Assembly: GCA_016783425.1 (NCBI GenBank)
Contig: JADHWP010000001.1
Span: 7,272 to 71,271 of the forward strand
Length of the DNA stretch: 64,000 bases
From: Candidatus Shapirobacteria bacterium
GTDB lineage: Bacteria; Patescibacteriota; Microgenomatia; UBA12405; BS750m-G30
Direction: 5' to 3'
Part shown: positions 11,762 to 20,859 of the stretch, in pieces
Position numbering within the stretch: position 1 is the first letter of the stretch
Layout of the letters: each line of letters opens with the position of its first letter
Translations under genes and position numbers: made by a program
Notes under the pieces: model-generated
Seen by the model: the letters and a program-made list of their open reading frames with translations, nothing else
Told to the model about the DNA's origin: nothing
The model's database searches: none

Positions 11762-12031
11762 ATGGATAATCAAAGTATTCTAAACATTGGCAATAAAGAT
11801 CAAGGAGCATCAGAAACTCAAAAGATTAAATCTGGCGTTTCTTTGGGGAACATGCCCGATCTTTTAACGGTTAGGGAGGTAGCGGAACTGCTGCGCGTTT
11901 CTCCTTTAACAGTGAAGCGTTGGGGAAAAAGAGGGAAGTTGCCGGCAATCCGAATCAATGCCCGGGGCGACCGCCGGTACCGCAAAGAGCAGGTTTTATA
12001 TCTTTTGGGCATGTACCAAAAAGAGGAGTAG
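11762..12031 (+). CDS. MerR-like/excisionase-type HTH DNA-binding protein (BldC-like)
   Basis: LLTVREVAELLRVSPLTVKRWGKRGKLPAIRINARGDRRY. Confidence 0.85.
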   Translation: MDNQSILNIGNKDQGASETQKIKSGVSLGNMPDLLTVREVAELLRVSPLTVKRWGKRGKLPAIRINARGDRRYRKEQVLYLLGMYQKEE

Positions 12032-12040
12032 AATTAGTTA

Positions 12041-12988
12041 ATGGGCAAAATTCAGTTAATTTCCGGCAGTTCTCATCCTCAACTGGCCCGGAAAATTGCC
12101 CGCTACTTGAAAATTAGCTTAACTCCGACTCAAATTGACCACTTTGCGGACGGGGAGATTTACTTTCGGATTAAAAACAAAGTGCGGGGTGATGATATTT
12201 ATTTCATCCAAACCATGTCTTTTCCGATTAATGATCACCTAATGGAGCTTTTGATTGCCATTGACGCTTTAAAAAGGGCATCGGCGGGCCGGATCAATGT
12301 GGTTTGCCCGTATCTTTGTTATTCCCGCCAGGAGAGGAAAGACACCTCCCGGGAGCCGATTAGTTCCAAACTGGTGGCTAATCTGATTACTAAGGCGGGA
12401 GCGGATCGCCTGATTACGATTGATTTACACGCGGACGCGATTCAGGGGTTTTATGATATTCCGGTTGATCATTTTGTCGGTTACCCTAAGTTTGTGGAGT
12501 ATTTAGAAAAAAAGAAATATAAAGATTTAGTAATTGTTTCTCCGGATATTGGGGGAGTAAAGAGGGGCCGGCAAATAGCGGGTCTGCTAAAAGCGCCCTT
12601 GGTGGTAATTGATAAAAGGCGGACAGGTAAAAACCAGGCGGAGGTATTGACGATTATTGGCGAGGTTAAGGGAAAAACCGCGGTAGTGGTGGATGATATT
12701 GTGGATACCGCCGGAACGATTAATGGTGTTGCTAGAGTTTTAAAAGATCAGGGAGCCAAAGAGATAATTATTTGCGCTACCCACGCTTTGCTTTCCGGAA
12801 AAGCAGTGGAGAATTTGGAAAAGTGTCCGGCCAGCAAGATTTTATTTACCGATACTCTGCCTATTCCCAAAGAAAAAATGATCGTTAAATTTGAGATTAT
12901 TTCTTTGGCCAAGCTTTTATCCAAAGTAATTAGAAGAATTCACTATGGCCGCTCCCTGGGCGCTCTTTTCGCCTGGGAGAAAGAATAG
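12041..12988 (+). CDS. prs: Ribose-phosphate pyrophosphokinase
   Basis: FADGEI, PYLCYSRQER, DLHADAIQGFY, VVDDIVDTAGT. Confidence 0.97.
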   Translation: MGKIQLISGSSHPQLARKIARYLKISLTPTQIDHFADGEIYFRIKNKVRGDDIYFIQTMSFPINDHLMELLIAIDALKRASAGRINVVCPYLCYSRQERKDTSREPISSKLVANLITKAGADRLITIDLHADAIQGFYDIPVDHFVGYPKFVEYLEKKKYKDLVIVSPDIGGVKRGRQIAGLLKAPLVVIDKRRTGKNQAEVLTIIGEVKGKTAVVVDDIVDTAGTINGVARVLKDQGAKEIIICATHALLSGKAVENLEKCPASKILFTDTLPIPKEKMIVKFEIISLAKLLSKVIRRIHYGRSLGALFAWEKE

Positions 12989-13004
12989 AATTACACACAA
13001 AAAA

Positions 13005-13038
13005 ACACCCCGAGGTGAGCCCTGGCTCCTCGGGGTGT
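13005..13038. repeat. Palindromic repeat family B (CACCCCGAGGTG...CTCCTCGGGGTG)
   Basis: Related copies at 25594-25627 and 61817-61850 (reverse orientation). Confidence 0.75.
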
Positions 13039-13081
13039 GCCTAATTAGTGATTAAGATTTGACCAGATGCTAGAATAAACC

Positions 13082-13636
13082 ATGCTAATTGTTGGTCTGG
13101 GCAATCCGGAAGATAAATACCAAAACACTCGGCACAATGCGGGAATGATGTTTATGGATTTTTTGGCAGATAAGTGGGAACTAAAATGGAAAAAGAGGAA
13201 AGACTTGCTTTGTTTTGTGGCTCAAAAAGATGGCCTGTTTTTGGCCAAACCCTTAACTTTTATGAACGAATCAGGAAAAGCAGTAGCTAAACTAGTAGAA
13301 AAGCTAAAGATTGAGTTTAAAGATTTATATCTTGCTCATGACGAGCTGGATTTAAAATTGGGAGAGTGGAAATTGACTTTTGGTAAAAGCTCCCCGCTTC
13401 ACAAGGGCGTTCTTTCGGTAGAGCAGTACTTAAAAACCAAAGAGTTCTGGCGATTAAGGATTGGGGTGGACAATCGCGATTCCCAAGGCCGCATTGAAGG
13501 CGAAAAGTATGTTTTACAAGATTTTCCTGCTTCTGAAAAAGCTATTTTACTGAAATTATTTAAAGAAATTAGCCAACCAGATTTTCCGGCTTGCCGGCTA
13601 AAAAGGCCTGAATATTTTGATAGGTGGTTTGAATAA
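13082..13636 (+). CDS. pth: Peptidyl-tRNA hydrolase
   Basis: LIVGLGNP, TRHNAG, KPLTFMNESG, HDELD, RLRIGV. Confidence 0.96.
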   Translation: MLIVGLGNPEDKYQNTRHNAGMMFMDFLADKWELKWKKRKDLLCFVAQKDGLFLAKPLTFMNESGKAVAKLVEKLKIEFKDLYLAHDELDLKLGEWKLTFGKSSPLHKGVLSVEQYLKTKEFWRLRIGVDNRDSQGRIEGEKYVLQDFPASEKAILLKLFKEISQPDFPACRLKRPEYFDRWFE

Positions 13637-14564
13637 TTCGCCCTACTGCCTCTTTGGAATTAAAAGCGTTATGGGGAGTGATAATCACATTCGGTTTTTC
13701 CCGAAGCAGGTGAACAGCCACTAATTCTTTTAAATCGTCATTGGAAATATAGGAGGAAAAAAGAGCTTGGGGATCATCCAGGTTTTCTTCTTCTTCTAAA
13801 ACATCCAAGCCGGCCCCGGCTAAAATTCCCTGTTCTAAAGCCCACAAGATGCTTTCCGTTTCAATCACCGGCCCTCGGGCGGTATTAATTAAAAGCGAAC
13901 CTTTTTTCATGGCTTTAATATTGCCCCGATTAATTAAATGGTGGGTGGCTTGGCAGTAAGGAACGTGAAGAGTAACAATATCGGCTTGCTCTAAACAAAC
14001 TTCTAACGGCACTCTTTTGTAGCCTAATTTTTTTTCCAGTTTTTCGTGCCCTTGGCGAGTAACCCCCAAAACTTTCATCCCAAAGGCTTTAGCGTATTTT
14101 ACGACCCACTGGCCAATAGAACCGACCCCGATTATGCCGATAGTTTTGCCGTTTAAATCAAAGCCGGTTAAGCCAGCGGGAGAAAAACCGCCTTGTTTTA
14201 CCCGGTTAGCCCCTTCTACAATCCGGCGGGATAAAGCCAGGATTAAAGCAAAAGTGTGCTCGGCCACCGTGTTTTCCCCGTAAGAAGGAACATTGCAAAC
14301 GGTAATTTTCGAACTTTTACAATATCTTAAATCAATATGATCAAAGCCGGTGGAGCGGGTGGCAATAAGTTTTAAATTAGGCAGTTTTTTAAGAATCTTT
14401 TCCGATAAGTCTGAATAGATAAAAGTGGAAATAATTTCATATTCGGCCACGGTTTTTATATCTTCCTCAACTTCAAAAGGGTAAATATCAGCTTTTAGTT
14501 TTTTGGCGTAATCAGGCAAAATCTCCTTTTCCCATTCCTTTAATTCAAAAAAACCAATTTTCAT
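13569..14564 (-). CDS. D-isomer-specific 2-hydroxyacid dehydrogenase (D-lactate dehydrogenase-like)
   Basis: RSTGFDHID, GIIGVGSIG, INTARG, GLDVLEEE, TPHNAF. Confidence 0.92.
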   Translation of the reverse strand: MKIGFFELKEWEKEILPDYAKKLKADIYPFEVEEDIKTVAEYEIISTFIYSDLSEKILKKLPNLKLIATRSTGFDHIDLRYCKSSKITVCNVPSYGENTVAEHTFALILALSRRIVEGANRVKQGGFSPAGLTGFDLNGKTIGIIGVGSIGQWVVKYAKAFGMKVLGVTRQGHEKLEKKLGYKRVPLEVCLEQADIVTLHVPYCQATHHLINRGNIKAMKKGSLLINTARGPVIETESILWALEQGILAGAGLDVLEEEENLDDPQALFSSYISNDDLKELVAVHLLREKPNVIITPHNAFNSKEAVGRIIQTTYQNIQAFLAGKPENLVG

Positions 14565-14603
14565 TATGCTTTCATCATAGAGAATTTTACAAACTAATGC
14601 AAA

Positions 14604-14642
14604 TTGTCAACCTTAAAGGTTGACAAGCTAGTCAACCTCGGG
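14604..14642. repeat. REP at RAYT 3' flank
   Basis: ttgtcaaccttaaaggttgacaa plus gtcaacctcggg; inverted relative to 15352-15391. Confidence 0.85.
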
Positions 14643-14652
14643 AGAATGCTAA

Positions 14653-15333
14653 TTATTCCAGGGTTAAATGCTTGATTTGCTCAAGTTCTTTTTGATAATC
14701 TGCTCGGTCAAGTAAAAACTTCTTGTAGTTTTTTAGACCTTGAAAATAAGAAGTAATTGTTTTGGTTTGACAAAATTGATATTGGCTTTTTTCTTTTTCT
14801 AAATAAACAGCCAAAGAAGACCAGGGGTACGAAATTAATTGATCAAAACCTTTAACCATTGCTGCTGAATATGGATTAAGATGAATATATCGCGAAAGAT
14901 GGAGAAGCTGTTGCTCGTTTTCAACTAGCACTGATTTGAAAGTGCTTTGAAATATGGGCCCGACGCGTTCGTGTTTTTTATTAAAATATTTGGTATAGCT
15001 ATTTTGAAGTTGGCTTACAAACCAGGAAACGCCATCATCTTGAGTTTGTTTGACCAAAAGATGAAAGTGATTTGGCATTAGACAGAAGCAGACTATTCCA
15101 ATTAATGTATGATTTTTCTTGTCTAAGGATTGGAGTAGTTTGCCTCTATCCTCTTGACTTAATCGTTTTAATTTGGAGAAACTAAAAGGGAAGTTAGCGA
15201 AGCGATAATATTCCAAAAGCTTGATGAAACGCTGGTAGCCTCTTTTATCCGAGAAAATTGGCCTAAAGTCGATACCGCGATTGTAGATGTGGTAATAGTG
15301 ATCGGTTATTAAAGGGATTTTTCTTCCGGGCAT
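14653..15333 (-). mobile_element. REP-associated tyrosine transposase (RAYT, IS200/Y1 HUH family)
   Basis: YYHIYNRG, CLMPNHFHLL (HUH), YIHLNP, YPWSS; flanked by inverted palindromes. Confidence 0.92.
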
Positions 15334-15351
15334 TTTCTTGTTTATATTTTA

Positions 15352-15391
15352 CCCGAGGTTGCAATAGCTGTCAACCTTTAAGGTTGACAGC
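15352..15391. repeat. REP at RAYT 5' flank
   Basis: cccgaggttg plus gctgtcaacctttaaggttgacagc. Confidence 0.85.
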
Positions 15392-15405
15392 GGGGCAATG
15401 GCGTG

Positions 15406-15970
15406 TCACCAACTGCCCCCGCCTCCGCCGCCAAACCCTCCGCCGGAAGAACCGCCTCCGCCGCCAAACCCCGATCCGCCCGACCAGGAAGATTTACCCG
15501 ACCATTGGTTTTGAGGGGAAGAAACCATATTAGAGGCGGCTTGGGCGGAAAAATGGTTTAAGTCGTAAGCTAATCTGCTAGTGGTGACTCCGGCAAAGAT
15601 TTTTTCGTCAGCTAAATGCTGATAGAGCTTCTTTTTAAACTCCTCCAAATGAAGATAAAAGTGATTTTTTAAATCAGAAAGGCGTATTTTTTTGATTTCT
15701 AAATAGCCCAAACGTGCTAATTCCACAATTTCCGCCACTACATCTTGAATATCCACTTTTTCGTCGATAATTGTGCCTACTTCGGCGGGAGTTAAATTAT
15801 CAATGGGGCTGTAAACCGAGGGCAGGTGCTCACGGGCAAAAAGTTAATAATTTGCTTAATTGGTCCTGGGAATTTTAACTGACTATTTTTATTCAAGCCC
15901 ACAACAATAGTTAAATCCTTGCCCCAGGAAAGGGGAATGGAGGCTGAAAAACTAGCTTCATTATCCTTAA
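15406..15970 (-). pseudogene. Fragmented DUF2207-like membrane protein gene
   Basis: Pieces ...DLTIVVG..., TPAEVGTIIDEKVDIQDVVAEIVELARLGYLEI and the tail SSGGGFGGGGGGSW; interrupted and lacking TM segments. Confidence 0.7.
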
Positions 15971-16074
15971 TCGGCCTTAATCGTTTTACCGCTATATGAA
16001 TAAACAACCGGAATAATACGAAATATCCCGTGCTTTTTTTCGGTTGACAAACAATAGACAATCTTGTATATTTA

Positions 16075-16653
16075 TTGTTAATGAAATACCTTGAACTGCG
16101 AAAAGAGATTAGCCAAAATCTTTTTACTATTCTTGATGTTGAAAAAAAGTTTTATTCTGAGAAAAAAGATTCCTTGAGAGTCCAACTTTCTCGCTTTATT
16201 CAAAAAGGCCGGTTAATACAACTTAAGCGGGGACTTTATTGCTTTAACCCTGCCAAACTTGACGAGTTTGTTTTGGCCAACCAGCTTTACCAGCCCTCCT
16301 ATATCAGCCTGGAAACGGCCCTGAACTATTACGGGATAATTCCCGATATTTCCCAGAGACTGACCAGCGTCAGCCCGACGACTACTAAAAAAATCAGCAA
16401 TCAATTTGGGATTTTTCATTATGCCAAAATCAAATCAGTTCTTTTTTGGGGTTATACTAAAAAGAGGCTGGATGATAAAGAAAGTTTTTTTCTTATCGCT
16501 CAAAAGGAAAAATCCCTGCTTGACTTTTTTTATTTGCGGAAAATTAAAAAAGTGAAAGATTTGCGCCTGAATTTGGCGGATTTTGATTTTGATCGCTATC
16601 AGCGGTATGTTAAAAATTTTCCCGCCTGGGTTCAAGTGATTAAATTGGCATGA
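16075..16653 (+). CDS. AbiEi-like antitoxin/transcriptional regulator (type IV TA)
   Basis: LIQLKRGLY, PSYISLETALNYYGIIP, EKSLLD; likely start ATG 16081. Confidence 0.85.
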   Translation: MLMKYLELRKEISQNLFTILDVEKKFYSEKKDSLRVQLSRFIQKGRLIQLKRGLYCFNPAKLDEFVLANQLYQPSYISLETALNYYGIIPDISQRLTSVSPTTTKKISNQFGIFHYAKIKSVLFWGYTKKRLDDKESFFLIAQKEKSLLDFFYLRKIKKVKDLRLNLADFDFDRYQRYVKNFPAWVQVIKLA

Positions 16654-17444
16654 ATAACCTAATAACTGATTTTGACCAGATTATTAAATTTGCCCAAGAC
16701 TATCAACTGCCCTTAAACAAAAAGCGGGCGATTTTAAGAGAGTATTTACAGGTTAAAATTTTAGACATTCTCTATCGCCAAAAAAGCTCATCCCAATTGA
16801 TTTTTGTGGGTGGCACTTGTTTGCGGTTAACCAGAAACTTAGATCGCTTCTCAGAAGATCTTGATTTTGATTTAGGTGAAATCAGCTTTAAACAGGCAGA
16901 TTATTTAATAGAACGGACTTTTGACCAGCTTAAAAAAGAAAACATTGTTCTTGATTTTTATCGCAACCAGACCAAAAAGAGAATTTATTGGGAGTTTCGT
17001 TTTAAAAATCTGCTTTTTGAATTAAAAATTGGCCGTGATCTAAGGGAAAAACTAATGATTAAGTTTGATTTTGAGAAAATTTGGCGAAAACACCAAAAAC
17101 AAACAATCTTGCTTAACCGCTATGGCTTTTTGGTGAACATAGTAACCACTCCTTTAAATCAGTTACTGGTGCAAAAATTGACGGCCTATTTAGGGCGATC
17201 CCAAACTCAACCTCGGGATATTTATGATATTGTCTGGCTCATTTCCCAAGGAGCCAAAGTTGACAAGCAGTTTGTTAAAGATAACAAACTGTCTTTGAAT
17301 TTAGTTTCCAGGGCGGTTAAAAAGTTTAACCGTGAAGAAAAAAAGCTAAAGCAATTTAAGCGCCGCCTTCAACCATTCTTGGTAAACGAAAAATACCTTG
17401 ATAAATTAAACCTCTTTCCTCAACTGCTCGAGCAGTTAGGTTAA
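16650..17444 (+). CDS. AbiEii-family nucleotidyltransferase toxin
   Basis: FVGGTCLR, RFSEDLDF, QKL, PRDIYDI. Confidence 0.9.
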   Translation: MNNLITDFDQIIKFAQDYQLPLNKKRAILREYLQVKILDILYRQKSSSQLIFVGGTCLRLTRNLDRFSEDLDFDLGEISFKQADYLIERTFDQLKKENIVLDFYRNQTKKRIYWEFRFKNLLFELKIGRDLREKLMIKFDFEKIWRKHQKQTILLNRYGFLVNIVTTPLNQLLVQKLTAYLGRSQTQPRDIYDIVWLISQGAKVDKQFVKDNKLSLNLVSRAVKKFNREEKKLKQFKRRLQPFLVNEKYLDKLNLFPQLLEQLG

Positions 17445-17689
17445 GTTTTCTTGTTTCCCAAAACGACGACCAGCAAATGCGCTGGATTTGTTGGTTTAAG
17501 TAAACTTAACGGTTGGTTTTTTGAGTTATAGGCGGCAGGTTTAGGGCCAAATTGGTACAAACACACTGTCCAGTAGTACAAAATTTTAATTGTTATTTTG
17601 CCTATTGAAGTAGACTTGGGTTAATCGTTATAATCACCCCATAAACTAACGATTACTTTTTTATTATTGAAAGGGGATGATTTAAAAAA

Positions 17690-17929
17690 ATGGAAGATCA
17701 AGGCAAAGAACCAGTTCAAGAAGTTGCTCCTCAAACTGAGCAAGAACCCAGTAGTCCTAAGATAAGCATTGATGGTTTAACTGAGGTTCCAGGAAGTCCT
17801 GAAATTAGAACAGGAAAGCTAAGGATAGAAGGACTTAAGGTTTATATAACTTTAGGCGGCAGTGTTACTGGCGATCTAGGTCAAGCTAGAAGGTTAGATA
17901 GATTAGAAAAAGGGGTAGTGGGGAGGTAG
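17690..17929 (+). CDS. Small hypothetical protein
   Basis: 79-aa ORF with upstream TAGACT/TATAAT promoter and AGGGGA SD-like sequence. Confidence 0.55.
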   Translation: MEDQGKEPVQEVAPQTEQEPSSPKISIDGLTEVPGSPEIRTGKLRIEGLKVYITLGGSVTGDLGQARRLDRLEKGVVGR

Positions 17930-18034
17930 TTAATGGGCTGGGAAATATCATTAGCTCCTGAAAATCCTAGCCCAGATGATTTGGCTAAACTACCGCCAAA
18001 CAAGCCTAGTATTAACTAGACTTGTTTTTTGGTG

Positions 18035-18517
18035 TTATTTTAACTCTACTTTCGCGCCGGCATCCGTAAGTTTCTTTTGCGCTTCCTGGGCGTCTTCTTT
18101 TTTAGCGTCTACTAAAACTTCAGCGGGTAGTTTTTCAGTCATGTCTTTGGCTTCCTTTAAACCTAGTTCAGGTTTAATTAGCCTTAAGGCTTTAATGACA
18201 TTTATTTTGTTTGCCCCGGCTTCAGTTAGGACGACGGTAAATTGAGTTTTTTCTTCAACCGGAGCAGCTGCATCAGCGCCATTGCCTCCGTTTGCGCTAG
18301 CAGCAGGAGCAGCGGCGATAGCTTGAACTCCAAATTTTTCTTCCAAGCCTTTGACCAGCTCGGATAGTTCTAAAACGGAAAGGCCAGCGACCTGATTCAG
18401 GATTTTGGTTAGTTTCGGATCTAAATTAACTTTAACTTTTTCTTCTTTTTTTTCTTTGCTTTTAGCTTTTAGCTTTTCTCCGCCAGCTGGCGGATTAGCT
18501 TGTTTGTCATTACTCAT
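18035..18517 (-). CDS. rplL: 50S ribosomal protein L7/L12 with N-terminal extension
   Basis: [45 protein letters not shown]. Confidence 0.97.
   Translation of the reverse strand: MSNDKQANPPAGGEKLKAKSKEKKEEKVKVNLDPKLTKILNQVAGLSVLELSELVKGLEEKFGVQAIAAAPAASANGGNGADAAAPVEEKTQFTVVLTEAGANKINVIKALRLIKPELGLKEAKDMTEKLPAEVLVDAKKEDAQEAQKKLTDAGAKVELK
18479..18494. repeat. Palindrome TCCGCCAGCTGGCGGA (family C) in frame in rplL
   Basis: 23-bp identity with 47402-47424; encodes NPPAGGEK in both proteins. Confidence 0.8.
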
Positions 18518-19038
18518 TAGTTTTCACCCCCTTTGCTTTCAGTTATTACTTTTAAGGTTAAGATAAATTTTTGCTGATGGTAATTTAAAGCGTAGGCTAA
18601 TCTAAACAGGGGATTGCTTAAGCCCCCAATAAACTGTGCCAGTAGAGTTTCTTTATTGGGCAAAGCGACTAATCTTTCCAACTCGGTTAAAGAAAGTAAT
18701 TTTCCCTGGAAAAGGCCTAGTTTAAATTCCGGTTTTTCAAACCTTTTTTTTGTTTCTGCCACTTTTTTTAAAGGGGCAATTTCGTCTTCATAGGCGACCA
18801 CCAGAGCAGTGGGGCCGGTTAGAGTTTCCGGAAGATCAATGCCTAAAGTTTTTAGGGCAAGCATAAGTAAGGTATTTTTCGCCACGAACATTAAGCCGCC
18901 TTGTTTTTTTATTTGAAAGCGAAGCTCCCGAACCTGCTCCGCAGTTAAGCCTTGGTAGTCAATTAGAGCCGCGCTTTTACCGCCTTCTATTAAGGCTTTT
19001 AAGTTTTCTACTTCGTAAATTTTGCTTTGTTTAACCAT
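18517..19038 (-). CDS. rplJ: 50S ribosomal protein L10
   Basis: [28 protein letters not shown]; true start taken as ATG 19038 (MVKQSK). Confidence 0.95.
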   Translation of the reverse strand: MVKQSKIYEVENLKALIEGGKSAALIDYQGLTAEQVRELRFQIKKQGGLMFVAKNTLLMLALKTLGIDLPETLTGPTALVVAYEDEIAPLKKVAETKKRFEKPEFKLGLFQGKLLSLTELERLVALPNKETLLAQFIGGLSNPLFRLAYALNYHQQKFILTLKVITESKGGEN

Positions 19039-19103
19039 TACTGCCAAGCTCCAAATTACAAATAACAAGTATTCCAAATCACCGCTTCTGGCGGGATCCT
19101 GCT

Positions 19104-19148
19104 TGTCAACCTTAAAGGTTGATGACCCGATAACCTTTAAGGTTGACA
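19104..19148. repeat. REP doublet (family A) in the rplJ leader
   Basis: 45 bp; exact reverse complement of 38406-38450. Confidence 0.9.
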
Positions 19149-19149
19149 G

Positions 19150-19270
19150 CACAAAAAAGCCTCGTTTCCGAGGCTTTTTTAACTTTAAGCTTTAAGTTTT
19201 AAGCTAATAAGGTGCCTCGGTAAGATTTTTATTCCCGACGTCACATCGGGGCCTTACGGTCTCGGGCTGT
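19150..19270 (-). ncRNA. L10 leader (ribosomal protein autoregulatory RNA) with attenuator
   Basis: Minus strand GAGACCGTAAGG...TAAAAATCTTACCGAGG, then hairpin GCCTCG-gaaa-CGAGGC with a U-run, upstream of rplJ. Confidence 0.85.
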
Positions 19271-19389
19271 AAGTATAATATCATAGTTTACAATCTTGTC
19301 AAATAAAAAAGCGCCAGGCCTCTCTCTTTTCTTGTTTTTCCAATAGTATTTTATTGACTTTGCCTTGTTTTCCTGCTAGTTTTTAGGTA

Positions 19390-19695
19390 ATGAAAGAGAT
19401 TAAACTTTCTTTGGAAACCCAAGTTAAAGATTTAAACGAAAAACTGCGGGTTTTGATTAAACAAAGAAGCCCGGGTTATATTTTTTTAACCGGTATTTTT
19501 CACTCCCTGGGTTCGGTTTTTGGAACCGTGGTGGTTTTGGGAGCATTGGGCCTTTTGCTTTCCCGAATGCTGACAACTTTTAATTTTACTAAAGTAGCTG
19601 TGGATTGGGTGGGCCAGGTGATGGAACAATCAGTAGGAAAAGTAATGCCCGCTCAGCCCAATATTCCGGAGGTTAATTTAGATGAGCAGGAGTAA
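19390..19695 (+). CDS. Small membrane protein (DUF5665-like)
   Basis: FLTGIFHSLGSVFGTVVVLG hydrophobic segment. Confidence 0.6.
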   Translation: MKEIKLSLETQVKDLNEKLRVLIKQRSPGYIFLTGIFHSLGSVFGTVVVLGALGLLLSRMLTTFNFTKVAVDWVGQVMEQSVGKVMPAQPNIPEVNLDEQE

Positions 19696-20089
19696 ATTTT
19701 CAGTTTCTCCGTATTCGAAAAGAATAGAAAAACCCTGGGGTTATGAGCTTATTTTAGCGCCAGCAAGCCTTCCCTTTACCGGGAAAATTTTGCATATTAA
19801 GCAGGGAGCGCGTTTAAGTTTGCAATATCATGAGCAAAAACAAGAAACTTTATGTCTTTTAAAAGGCAAGGCCAAGTTATATCTTGAAGATTCAAGTGGT
19901 GTTCTGCAAGAATTTTCCATGGAGCCTTTAAAAGGGTATTTGGTGGTTCCTTTTCAAAAACATCGGATGGAAGGAATTACTGATTGTGATCTTTTAGAAG
20001 CTTCAACTGCGGAAAAAGGAAATACCGTTCGGTTAGAAGATGATTATGATCGCAGTACCGAAACTGAAGAAGATCGCAAATTAAGATGA
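19682..20089 (+). CDS. Cupin, mannose-6-phosphate isomerase type II C-terminal-like
   Basis: EKPWGYE, RLSLQYHEQKQET, VRLEDDY. Confidence 0.85.
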   Translation: MSRSKFSVSPYSKRIEKPWGYELILAPASLPFTGKILHIKQGARLSLQYHEQKQETLCLLKGKAKLYLEDSSGVLQEFSMEPLKGYLVVPFQKHRMEGITDCDLLEASTAEKGNTVRLEDDYDRSTETEEDRKLR

Positions 20090-20859
20090 AACCTTTAAGT
20101 GAATTGACCAGGGAGGATCTTGCACCTTTAAAATTGCTTTGTTTTGATTGTGACGGGGTAGTGGTGACTGAAGGAACCAAAATTAGCGAAAGCGAGGGGC
20201 GGTTGGTGGTGGAAACCAAAGTAATTGAAAGTCGTTTGGTGCAAAAGCTAAACCAGCTTAAAAGTAAATACTTGCTTGCTTTTTCTTCCGGTCGTAGCCT
20301 GCTTTATTTAACCCGGATGTTTGAGCCGCTTCTGTATGATAAAGTCATTTTTCAGGCCGAAAACGGCCTGTTTTTCTTAAAAGAAGGGGAGTTGGCGCAG
20401 CTGGAGAAATTAACCCTTGAACAGCTGGAACTTTTAAAAAAAATCAAACATCGGATTAGAGCGCTTGGGAAAAGTAATTCTGATATTTTAGGCTTTGAAC
20501 CCAAGCAGTTTTTAGTGACGGTTCATTGTAAAAAAGAATTGGAGATTATCCCTCAAATTGTAAAAGAAGAGGCCGGGGGCCAGGATTTGTATTGCCTTTG
20601 GAGCGGGGAGGCTTATGATATTAATTTTGCCCACCTAAATAAGGGCAGGGGATTGGAAAAACTTTGTCAAAAATTGGGAATTGGGCAAAATGAAGTAATG
20701 GCGATTGGCAATGATCCTAATGATCGGGAAATGATTGAGTGGGCGGGAATTGGAGTTACTTCTAATAAAGAAACGATGGGGGCGGCTGATTATTACACTT
20801 TAAACAAACAGGAGTTGGGGGGCGAGGAGTTGGTTGATAAACTTTTGGAGTTAATTTAA
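20086..20859 (+). CDS. HAD-superfamily (IIB) phosphatase
   Basis: FDCDGV, SSGRS, AENG, NKG, AIGNDPNDREM. Confidence 0.9.
   Translation: MKPLSELTREDLAPLKLLCFDCDGVVVTEGTKISESEGRLVVETKVIESRLVQKLNQLKSKYLLAFSSGRSLLYLTRMFEPLLYDKVIFQAENGLFFLKEGELAQLEKLTLEQLELLKKIKHRIRALGKSNSDILGFEPKQFLVTVHCKKELEIIPQIVKEEAGGQDLYCLWSGEAYDINFAHLNKGRGLEKLCQKLGIGQNEVMAIGNDPNDREMIEWAGIGVTSNKETMGAADYYTLNKQELGGEELVDKLLELI

Noticed and set aside
11762-12031. Excisionase indicating a prophage
   Set aside because: No integrase or phage genes are adjacent; it sits in front of prs like a chromosomal regulator.
19039-19152. N-terminal extension of rplJ in the ORF track (MLSTLKVIG...)
   Set aside because: It is translation of the REP doublet and heptad tract; L10 homology starts at ATG 19038.
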